From the NCBI GenBank assembly GCA_043228905.1, contig JBHGNT010000007.1, positions 14,942,001 to 15,006,000 on the forward strand: 64,000 nt of DNA, given 5' to 3'. The stretch is from Azolla caroliniana. Taxonomy: Eukaryota; Plantae; Polypodiophyta. The notes below the pieces were generated by a model. That model saw only the letters and a list, made by a program, of their open reading frames with translations. It searched no databases and was not told the origin of the DNA. This document shows, in pieces, positions 11,683 to 23,400 of the stretch (position 1 is the stretch's first letter; each line of letters begins with the position of its first letter). Made by a program: the position numbers and the translations under genes.

Positions 11683-14551
11683 ATGATGAAGAATAATTCC
11701 TCGGCTATGGCGATTGTGATCATGGGTGTTTCAGGCAGTGGGAAATCGTAAGCAAATCAGAGGTTTTTCTTTTCTTTTTGGCTTTCAGTCTTTCTTTTCC
11801 ATGCACTTTTGCACAAATGAACCAAACAGCAGAAATTTTCTGCAAACAAAATTCTTGCAGAACTGTAGGACAGTTACTTGCTAAAGAGATGGATTGCCGC
11901 TTCATAGATGCTGATGACTTTCACTCTGAAGAAAACAAAGGTATCTCATGTCGATTTTATGAAACCTAATTTCCAAATGTGAGAAAGATGACACTAAGAA
12001 CATACATACAGATCCATTCTTTCCTTCTTCGGAAAACTGTTTCATGTTTATGCCATGTAATCATGTTGGCCAATGGCTATGCAAAACCTAATTTCCACTT
12101 CACATAAGTGCATCTATAAACCTGATATCCAAATGTGAGAAACTTCATGTAAGTACATCTATACACATCCAGTTAGTCAGACAATATATTGCGATTTTTC
12201 TTCACATGATATATGGTTCATAGGTTCTCACAATATCGTATCGATTTGGCTTTTTCTTTTCTGGATGGATTTGTAACACCATGTTGTATAGGCTCTGTTC
12301 TAATAATGCAAAATGATGTGTCGCTTGTTTCTTGCATATCATCAAATCTCAATGTTTTTTTATCTTAATTCATCTGTAGTTGAATCCTATGTTTCCAATA
12401 TGGTTTGCATTCCATTTCTGAACTCCACTTGTCATTTGTTCATCTCAGAGCATTTTGATTAGCAAGACTTGCTGAAGCTTTTCATTCTAAGTTGGATTTC
12501 ATTTCATGTGGTATAGTCTAGGTTCTCATACCACATATTAATATACTCCTCGGCTCTTACTTACCATTGATGCACGCTAGCAATTTGCAATTTCAATGAC
12601 CTTAATGTTTCAAACCACCAATTTTGATTAATTTCACCACTGGAGGTCTACTTGACACAGTGAGCAGTTTTGGTTTACTTTAGCATTAAAACTCATTTAT
12701 AGAGCTGCAAATGGGTATTAGGAACCAATCCAACATATTCTGCATTCTATACCAAGTGGATAAGGAGTACAGTAGAAAACGTTAAGGAGCCTTTCTGCAA
12801 AAGTGCCACAAATGTGGTACATAGGGATACATGGTCAGGGATGCACAGTCAAAAACCAAGAGTCTGAAGCTTCTGGTTTAGGATCAAGAAAGCTTCTGCG
12901 AATTCATCAAAGGAAGAAAGAGGAATCAGGGAATTATGCTGGCTGATGGGTATCAGGAAGAATTCTTTTAAACTCCTCTTTGACCTTAACCAACTCTACC
13001 CAGGACATATGGTATCACAATTGCTTTATTCATGTGATAAACACCTCCACTGTCTCCTTCCACTGTTCACCCCACAACTACCTGATTCTCTAGGTTTTTC
13101 ATCCTAGTCTCATTTTGCATCTCATATTAAGTTCGACAGAGTTTTTTAGCCATCCGCAATCATGAACATGTGTCTCTATCAATTCAGTAATGCCCGTCAT
13201 GATTCATACATGGCATGGCATGGCATTTACTCAATTTGGAAACACAATTTCCACCAGCTCCAAATAAACTCTTGAGCACAGAGGCTTGTAGGAATCCAAG
13301 TGGCAGGGCTTGTTCCACAAATGTGTAGTTTTCCGGCTGGCTTCAGAAGCATTGCAAAACTTGACTTTCTGCGATTGCTGCTCTCTTGGAGCTGTGGTGG
13401 TGGTGACCTTGACCCGCCAGTGTGTATGCTTTCACATGTGTTGATGCCATCTATTTCACTTGACCGAGCACACAGCATTGACTTAATTCCCATCATCGAC
13501 TGTCTCTTTCGGCCCTTGTCACCAGACATGGATGTAAAATCTATAGCTCTGATATCATGGCAAATTACATGTGGATAGAATCTGCATGATACAGACCAAA
13601 TGACAGACACAAATGAAAGAAACAATGAATATATTGCAGAGCATGTAAGTGCAGCAAGTACAATATAAGGCTCATGTGCTCCCAAGTCGAAAATACAGAC
13701 ACGACAACAGCTTGAAGTGGGACAGCAACCTTAGTTCTTCTCTCGACTAAGGTTGCCTTCTATAGATTGGTTTGGTTAAGTACAATACCAAACCAATCTC
13801 CACGGCCACCTACCATATTGATCACTGTCAGGATGTTGGGTAAAGCTTGTCCATGCAAACAGTTTCAATATGAAATCATGGTGTGACCTTTTTTAGTGTC
13901 TCATAGGTGTCTTTTAGAGATTTTAATGTAATCTCTCTTTCTTTCTCCAAGGTAAAGTATCGCATCAAATGATTTGTAATTTATATGCACATTTAGGTTA
14001 TGTTTCAGTGATCTAGTGTATTGTGATTAAATTCAATTTATTAATCGAAATAAACTCGATGCATATGACCAAACGATTGGTAATCGATATCTCTTCCAAC
14101 AGAGAAGATGAGGAGAGGCATTCCCTTGACCAACGATGACAGAATACCATGGCTAGAGGCGCTGCGTGATGCTTTGATTGATCACATCATCCGTGGAAAA
14201 TCAGTAGTTCTTGCATGCTCAGCATTGCAGCCTTCATATAGAGACATCCTCAGGGAGGCAGATTATGCTCGATTTCAGAACAAACAAAAGGACGAACTAA
14301 AAGGGGAAAACAAGGATTTGCCCCACTCTGAGCAAAGAGTGGAGTTTTTTCTCCTAAATGGGCCGATTGATCTATTTGCCTCTCGACTCGAAAAGAGATT
14401 CAAAGGAGGGGACCATTTTATGCCTCCAAGTTTGTTACAGTCACAGATGGATGCATTACAGATTGGTAAGGATGAAGCAGTCTTCTACTTGGATGCAAAC
14501 AAAAGTCCTAAAGCAATTGTAGATGAAATAAAAGAGCTTGTATCATCTTAA
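11683..14551 (+). CDS. GNTK: Gluconokinase (GntK/IdnK type), 3 exons
   Basis: Exons 11683-11747, 11861-11940 and 14103-14551, all GT-AG. They give [66 protein letters not shown]...VVLACSAL...HFMPPSLLQSQ (P-loop [14 protein letters not shown]). The start codon could be 11707 or lie in an upstream exon. Confidence 0.93.
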
Positions 14552-16099
14552 GGTATCAATGGAAACTAAGTTTTCTTCCTAAATGTTTAACTTTTATTAT
14601 TACTGCTATTGGAAGCCAGATGTGTTTCTCCCTCTGATACTTCTAGTCATGTCGTGCCAACACTACACAACTAGCATTCACATTTTCGTATGTCAGGTTA
14701 AATGCCAAACCTCTCTTGCATCGCCAGAAAATGAACATGGATGTTCACATTGTCATATGTATGAGGTAGAAAAGAAACACTAGGTTTTCTTGTAAGAATG
14801 ACTTGAACATATCCAACCACAAATTTAAGGGGAGTTTCCATGTACAATTGTGAAAGATGTAGAGAAGAGTCACTAGACAGATGTTCACGATTGATGAAAT
14901 ATAAAATTGGTTAGTTTGTATTTGTGTATGATAATTGGCCTAAGTTGGAATATGCCTTAAACATTTTATTGAGATTTGGCTATTAGGAACCATTCAATTA
15001 TCAAGTGAACACAATTACCATTTGGATACTACTCTATAATAGAAAGCATGGTATGGCAATTTGAACTACCTTGGGGAACCTTCCTCGTTTTGTTGCATCT
15101 TTCTAAATTAGGATGTCGGTCCCAATGAGCAAATTATCACATATTTAAACAATAGTTTTGAAGATTTTATGTCCGTCTTAGTCTAAGTACTAAACCTATT
15201 TGATTTTATGCTTTGTGATACAAGATTCACATTTAGGTTGGATTCACAAGTGTGCTAGTATAGTAAGTTTGCATACGAATCCAATATACTATTAGGTTGG
15301 AAGCCATCGAGGCTAAATGATATCAAAAGCATGAGTTGTCTAAAGTAGGTTTAACCAAAATGTTGGACTTGTATGAATCCTACTTGAATGGATAATCTCA
15401 TATAAATATAAAGTCTACTCTTAGTTATAGTCACACAAGCATGTAATTTTGTTTACCACTTGAGAATGTTTTCAAGAACTACTCCATCAACACCCTTGCC
15501 CCATTATAAACATGGCATAGGGCATCAATTTTGATATAGGCCTTTATTATCACTGAACAAGAGAGACACGGTTGATGTTGATTAAAACATAGGCGTCTTG
15601 TTTTTTCTTAAAGCAAAATAAGCAATTTTGTTGAAGTTTAGGTAAGAGTATCAATAAAAATAGAGTGCTCATCTCATCAAATTGTTTTCTTGAAAAACAC
15701 ATACAACTAACAACAAAACAAGAGTCATAGATCGAAATAGTATTTCACTACTCGAAACAATAATGACACGTGCCCCATTCATCCAAGATAAAGTTTGCCA
15801 TGTTGAATGGCAAGTGCAAACATTCATTCCAATTATACAAAACGTTCATGCATCGATATCTATTTATCTATCTATCTATACACACACACACAATGAGTGT
15901 GTGCCACACTTGGTGACACATGTTGCTTGATCATACAACGATGCATATGCTCTACTCGTCCTCTAACATCCATCGACATGTGTTGCTCATCCACCAATAC
16001 ATCATACTCTTAAACATTTGGTGGTGAGACATGTCAATTGTCGATGGCAAGGACGCATCAAAACGCTGCTAGCATACCGTGGCCATGAGACAATTATTT

Positions 16100-16380
16100 T
16101 CACTGGGCGAATGATCCAGTCATCGTCACTTAGCAAATGATAACTCTAGTGACGATCTAGACATGGTCACTCGACAAATGATAACTCTGGTGACAATCCA
16201 ATCATATTATCACTCACTCGACGAATGATCCAATCATATTATCACTCGGCGAATGATAACTCTGGGGACAATCCAATCATTGTCACTCAGCGGCGACTAA
16301 TAAGTCAGTCTAGGGACAAATGCAGTCATTGTTTCTCAGTGAATGATACCTCTGGCGACGGATGGATCATATCGTCGTGA
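16100..16380. repeat. ~40-bp minisatellite (cactcggcgaatgataactctggtgacaatccaatcat) upstream of RCCR
   Basis: About 7 degenerate units between 16101 and 16375. Confidence 0.75.
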
Positions 16381-16841
16381 TGAAAGTAAGTTTTTTCTAT
16401 AGGGCCATGAGTCACAAGAGCAATAAGGATGTATGTACATTGTACAGTATGTATACATATGCAAAGGCATATGCTTCCACAAGAAAGAAGAAAGAAGAAA
16501 GAAGGAGGAGGTAAAGGAGGTAGAAGCAGGCTTCAGCAGATCGGATCCTAAGAATGCGTTCGAAAAGAAAGCGAATAAACAAAGAGCAATCATGGTAGCG
16601 TGATGGGAGAACGAGTGAGGCACGTCCAGAGAAAGGCAGACAGACAGGGACGATGATTCAAATAAATAGGCCATGTTGGAAGGCAGTTTCTTTTGTGTGC
16701 TTTTTGCTATGGCATGTGGGCAAGAAGATGATGAATAGCTGTGCAGAGGAGGCAGATCATTTGGTCTTATTGCTCCGTCGCTGGTGATGTCTCTGCAAGA
16801 GGTGGACATCCAGATGCACACATGGCAGAAGATGGGGGTCT

Positions 16842-18744
16842 ATGGTCACGGAAGATGAATATGCGGTGGCAGAAGATCATATGATGGACGAGTCCCTCGG
16901 TGGCTACGCAGCAGCCGAAGACAGGGTTGATCATTCGATGGGGAGGATGGGAGACCCTGAGCTACATGTGCATGTTGTAGCTGGTGATTTCATGGTTAAG
17001 GGAGATGAATATGGAGGAATTGGGAATGTGGCAGTGCAAATCAGTCCCAACCCCAAGCCACCATGGGTAGATTTTCCATTCCTGTCGGAGGCAGGGCAGA
17101 CATTGGTGGGTGGGATTGCACGGACCATCGAAGAGGAGATGGGCCCATTGCTTTTGCCGAGCCAGACCCCGCCTGATGTTGTCGGCTTCCGGAACACCAA
17201 AGACACTGCCCATGGCTCTGTCGTCCTCCGCTCTGGCAAAGACAAAGGCCAGGTAAGAAAAGACACTTTCCTTTTGCTTCTGGGTTGATTCTTGAGTGGT
17301 AAGCCATGTATAATTTTATATTAAAAATTCATGCTCTCAGGGCTCAAAGCTCTATATACATATGCACTAATTCACCACATGATAAACTGTAGAATCGACC
17401 AATCATTGATCTTGTGGTCTTCATTGGATAACTGGGTTTGTAATTTGTACCCTATTAGTCAGTATTTCATAATTTAATTTTCGTTTTGAGGTTTTGGTGT
17501 AGCTCTAAAAGCTAGGGAATCACATATGCATCCATATAAAGCATGACCCCAAAAAACATCGCAGAAGAGTTTCTTCTTAAGAGATCAAAGGTTTGACAAT
17601 ATATATCATGAATGAGGAGGAAGGATGAAACATTGTATGCAGGAGAGAGGCGAATAAAGCATACCTAACAAGTGTATGCATTCTCTTCTGAGAGATTAAG
17701 AGGGTTTAACATGCAATTCATATATGTTTCTTAAGGGTTATTATGACAAGCATGGAGTGTGGATGGGTATTGTCTTGAACGGAGGGAAGGAGTAGTTTGA
17801 CAAACTCGAGAGTCGTAGTAGATGAATGCATTGGGTAATCAATGTCTAGTAAGGCACTTTAATAATCTTAATCTATGTGAAATGTTTTGAAATATGAAAA
17901 GAGACAACATATGATACCACTTTTATGGGTTAATTGATTGAGAGAGGAATTGGAATCCCTCTATTAGGTAGATACACCCCTAACAATTATCTCACATTCT
18001 CTATACTTATTACTTAGTATAGATGCCAACATGGTGTGCAAGAGTAAATGCAATATATCAAGTCAAATTACACATTTTCATCTATTAATTCAACACATTT
18101 TCTTTTTATAAATGCAGGTGTCCTTTGTGTTGGGCTCGTGGCTTCATTGCAAATTGACTACGGGTACCCTTGACATAGCAACCATAATTGTTATGCTCGG
18201 ACCTGAGATCGATGCACCACACTTCATGTTAGAATTTATTCAAAATGATAGTAATAGTTTAGTACTACTGTTAGACCTCCTACCAAGAAAGGACGTCGTG
18301 TTAGACCCTGATTATTTAAAACGCTACTATGAGGACTTGGACTTAGAGAAATTAAGGAAAGGCTTAGACAAGATACCTCAATCAAAGGTTTATGTTCCAA
18401 GCTCATTATATGTGCGAAGTTTGCTTTCCCCAACAGCCTTTCTTTATAAATTTAAAACCTTACAACATCCCAATTCTAAGCTTAACATAAGTAAAGTTGC
18501 AGATCTCCATATGCTTGTGAATGAGATTCTTTGTCCTACTAGCAATGAGGTGCTGTTCAAATGGTTGGATGCCTTCAAACATAAAGCTAGAAGAGTTCAT
18601 GGTGATGAAAGTAGAAAACTACTTGACAGGGACACAAATATAAAAGAGAAGGGCATCGAAATTGACCTTAGCTCTAATATGCCAAGATTATTTGGCCATG
18701 AAATCACAAATAGAATAATACAAGCATATCGCAATGGGATTTGA
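16842..18744 (+). CDS. ACD2: Red chlorophyll catabolite reductase (RCCR/ACD2 family), 2 exons
   Basis: Exon 1 runs 16842-17252 (..VDFPFLS...LLLPSQTPPDVVGFRN...HGSVVLRSG) with donor gtaaga. Exon 2 runs 18118-18744 (VSFVLGSWLHCKL..GTLDIAT...DAPHFMLEFIQ...LVLLLDLLPRKDVVLDPDYLKRYYED...YVRSLLSPTA...IEIDLSSNMPRLFG). The start codon is uncertain. Confidence 0.92.
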
Positions 18745-18859
18745 ATTTATGTGGCTTGAACAAAAGCAATGACTTGATGAGATGACAAAAATTAGGCATA
18801 AACACTATATATTTAAGAAACTGCATGGTTATAGTTTTGTTTCATCATAAATATGCTTC

Positions 18860-19190
18860 AAAGATGGTGTTCACAAGGCTCTCTTTCCATCTTACATTTG
18901 TATAGTTTGCTTGTTTGTCGCTGCCATTGGATCAATGGTCATCAAAAGATGGTGTTTACAAGGCCATGTTTCCATCTTACATTTATTTGTCACTAAAATG
19001 TGATTGATGCAAGTATGCCACTAGCCATAATTTGCTATGCTAAAACCAAGTAAAGACAAATTTCAGAATATCCTTCCAAAAGATGGTGTTTACAAGACTC
19101 TGTTTCCATCTTACATTTATATAATTTTGCTTATTTGTAATGAAATGATATCAATGCAAGAATGCCACATGCCATAACTTGCTATACTAA
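18860..19190. repeat. Three copies of a hairpin-containing unit (aagatggtgt...ccatcttacattt) in the RCCR 3' region
   Basis: Units at ~18861, 18946 and 19079; the last two share a longer flank (gatgcaag.atgccac..gccataa.ttgctat). Confidence 0.8.
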
Positions 19191-20452
19191 AAACTAGTAC
19201 GAGATCAATTCCAGCATATCTTTTTTCTCTATGAAAGCAAAAGACAAGATGGTTTGGATTTTGGAATACATATATAAACAATGGAAGTTTCCTCCTTCCT
19301 AATCAACCAGTGGGGCTGTGGATTGCCTGTGACAAGGTTGCGATCGGTGCGAGATGAGGGATAATAATTTCCTCGTTCCCTCTCTCCGTCTCAACCTCGG
19401 GTTGCTCCATGCGAAAAATAATGTGGACTTGATGGTGTTGTCCTTTGACGACATATTCAGATTACTTAACCCTTTTTTAGGTTGCATTGTAACACAGGAT
19501 AGCTACCTCGTTGATCTTGCCAGTAGTCAAATGAATGCCTCAAAGATTATGCCATGCATGTGTAAATATAACACTTTTGAACAGACTCCGACTGTGTAAC
19601 ACCTTATGGATAAATCAAGACCTTTTAAAAGTTCCAAGTTTTCTACTTATTTATGGTGATCAATGTCGCATTCGAGTAAAACACCCTCAAAATATTATTT
19701 ATTATAAATTTAAACTTTTTTATAAGGTAAGAACGAGCGTAAAAAAAATACAGGAGCATGTTTTCATAACATTCGCATTCGCTTGCAAATATGAAAAAGA
19801 ATTATTATTGCCCTGCACCTGCTGAACTTTAATAGTTGGTCTTGAGTTGATGCCTACATAGAACAAAATACCAAATTCTAGCATACCTCTAGAACAAAGA
19901 GCCACACTCTCACCCGTGAGTCATGGCATTTGCCCCATATTAGAAATATTGCGGTGAAATAGAACTCCTTGTTCACATGAAAGTCTGACAAACACTAGCA
20001 CCAGGCAAATGTAAATAACGGTTCTCCCCTCAGTTCTCACATGAATCAATCACCAATTGAGTCAACATCAGCTATAAACAAATCACTCATAATATATATT
20101 ATATTAGAAAACCAGATACATCTTAAAGTTCTAGTGGGACACGCATATTGTACAAATTCTCTCAATGGCTCAGGTTACAAATATTTACAGAAGCCAAAAT
20201 ACGTGCAAAAACAAAACCTCAAAAGAACTATAACGATTAAACCACACTCGCTTGTTGCATTAGAGCACTTGAAGCTAAGAAGAAAGTTACGCCACCAGCA
20301 ACTTTTTTTGTTGGTTGATTTGGGGTGCCTCCAACAAGGAGAGGAATTGAATCTTCTGACCTGGAAAAAGGCCTTTGCTTACTTTATCGGTTTTCTTTGT
20401 TTGATTTGGAGTGCCTCCAACAAGGAGAGGATTTGAATCTTCTGACTTTTGC

Positions 20453-23400
20453 TTACTTTATTGGTTTTCTTTTGTTTAACCGATGCCTTCTCAAAAGCCA
20501 TTTACGCCCAAATGTCCATTGTTTCTTTCTGTGCTTCTTTGGCCGAGTGATAGGAGTCCTTTCCTCTAAAGATTCAGCACTATTGATGGTTAGAAAGACA
20601 TTCTTGTGATCAAATTTCTGTGGCATCTTCTCATTGGACTTATTACTATTCTTAGCTTGAAAAGAGGGATTGCTGACTTGCCCCAATGTCATCTTCTCAT
20701 GAGACTTGGTATCATCCATAGCTCGAAATGGGTTGCTGCAAACTTGTGCTGATACATTCTTCTCTTGAGACTTGATATCAATTACAGCTTGAAATGGGTT
20801 CTTTCCAGGAACCTTCTTGCGTTGATGAAGGTCTCCTTCCAGAACATCAGCCTCTGATATTTGCTTGTTTCTTACTCGTTTTCTCTTCCCTCGATCATAC
20901 TCTTCATCCCTGGGTTATATGCAATAACATTAGTTTACTTTTGCAAAAACCATGATGACATATTTAGTCATGGATTGGAATAGTTTGAAAGCCAAATTTA
21001 AAAGAGCCATGTGTTCTTATTTCATGCAACAAATCTCGATATTTTATAAAAGCTCACCATTCATCTAATAAATGACCGCAGTGAGCTGGTTTTTCTTCAC
21101 TGGTATTTTGAACTAAAGAACCCTTATCATCCTTGGTTTTTTCTGCATCATCCCATGACGGAACTGCAACACACGAATAATATACATCCAGATTTTATAA
21201 ACTAAATCAAAAGTCAGAACTTACAAACATAACATAACTAAAGAAAAAAGTCAAGAACAAAATAATGATAGATTACCAGTTGTTTCTAATAAGGCATTTA
21301 GTAAAGAATTGGTGCCACCATTGATCACTGAAATGCTTTTCACCAAAATGTTTTTCTCCTCAGGTTCATGTTCCAATTTCTTCAAATTTTGGGGCTTAAA
21401 TTTCACTGAATTCATAGGTTCTGCATTATTTTCATAGCCATTTTTGAAGACTGTAGACTTAGTCATAGTCGAGTCTTTATCGATCCCATTTTGTGCTTTG
21501 AAAATAGAAGCTCCATTTACCTCCACTTTCATTATTGAAGCATGGCCAATTTGAGCTTCATTATTTTTGTCTCTATCTATCCCTCTCTCTTGAGATATCG
21601 CTAAAGAAACTCCATTTTCTTTCCCAACATCTACACTCTTTTTGTGATGTTTGCCTTCCATGATGACTTCAGTAAACTTTCCATTAACTTTTCTTGCTTC
21701 CATATTTACACCCTTTAGAGCAGTTACCACTTCTGTGCTATTTTTATCTTTCCCTGTTGCTATTTCTTGAGGTTTGGCAACAGAAATTTCATTTTTCATT
21801 GTTTTGATGGCATGAAAACCTATGTTTTTCTTGCAATCTATTACACCTGCTGAACTTTTTACATCTCTCATGTAAAAAAGCATGTACGCCTTCTGGTCAA
21901 GCACAGCTTTTTCGCTCACTTGAGATACCTGGAAATATATAAAATGTTACAATAGGGAAAAGACTACAACAAAAAATGCATTTGAAAGAACATAAACATT
22001 TAATACCCGGCTATCATCTAATACATGCCACATATCTGTGGCTGTGCGTACAAAACAATAATAATGACCCGAGTGAGTTGACCACCCAGAATGTACTAAG
22101 ACTGCATACAAGGAGTACTTCAAGTTCCCATCCTGCATATGGAAATAAATAAATCAGGCTCAAAAGAGAACGAAACTATTTAAGACATAAATCCAACAAG
22201 AATTACCTCTCCACCATTCACAAATGGTTTTATATCAAGTGTTCTATCAAACTGAACTTTTTTGTCAATTTTTCCCCCACAACCTCCTGAACTGCTGAAC
22301 CGCTTGAACTGAATTGTTAATACATGTGGAGCATGATCGATGGTAAACCTCTTAAATGCTCTAACCTTCTTCTTGCATTTAGTACATTGGTACTTGTTAT
22401 TTCCATCCAATACTTCAACTGCTGTAAAACGAGACAAGGCTTTCACCAGAGACTCTGCTCTAACAATTTCAAGGCTTAGGTCTAGAAAGGGGTCATATGT
22501 ATTAGAACAATGAGAGCATTGAGTGCATTTCACCTGAAAGAGGACAAAAGTTTAATATCGCATTGCTAAGCTACATAAAATCATTGTGATTATTACAATG
22601 AAATCTCTTGCCCTCCATGATAGTTTGAATGATTCATGATTTACTACATCCATCCAGAACTTCCACTAAGGTACATATATGATAGCTTAAATCAAGATGA
22701 TGTTGATGCATTGGTTAATCTCTTTTGAAAATCTGGATATCAAATCTATGATGGTTTGAGATCCTGGTTTGCTGCACATGACAGGAATTTGCAGCAAAAT
22801 CAATCAAGCTATCACTGATTGCTTCTAGTAATATTTCAGCTGAGATCATATAACAATCTCACTATCTCTATGATGGTTTCAATTATGATTTTCTACATAC
22901 AACCAAAAACCTCAGCAAAAGTGAGCAGCTAATTGATGATTAAGTACAGTGACCATATTTTGATTGGGATCATCCAACTATCTCAATCATAGTATGTACC
23001 ATACGTGCATTCGCATTTCGAGAATGTTTTCAATCATTTTGCATATGGTAAACACCATCAAAGTATGGTGAATACCATACTTTTGTATTCATTATTTATT
23101 ATAAGGCAAAAAAAAATTTAAGGTAAAAAGTGTAAAAAAATATAAGAATGTTTTGATAACATACGCATTCGTTTGCAAAAGAATGTTTGCCCATGCATTC
23201 GAGTATATTACGTACTATGATCTCAGTATTTGTTATACAATCATTTGAATCGCAATTTACAGAAATCCATTGACTATTGATTTTTGATTGAGATCATCGA
23301 ACAATCTAACTATCAGTTCTATGCCGGACAGCATGATTTGCTTCATACAGCAAACACTTCAGCAAATGCAAGCAATCTACTCATTATGGCTTTTGAGGGT

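Noticed and set aside
11683-14551. Gluconokinase as a bacterial horizontal transfer
   Set aside because: It has spliceosomal introns, and GntK-type gluconokinase is a normal plant gene.
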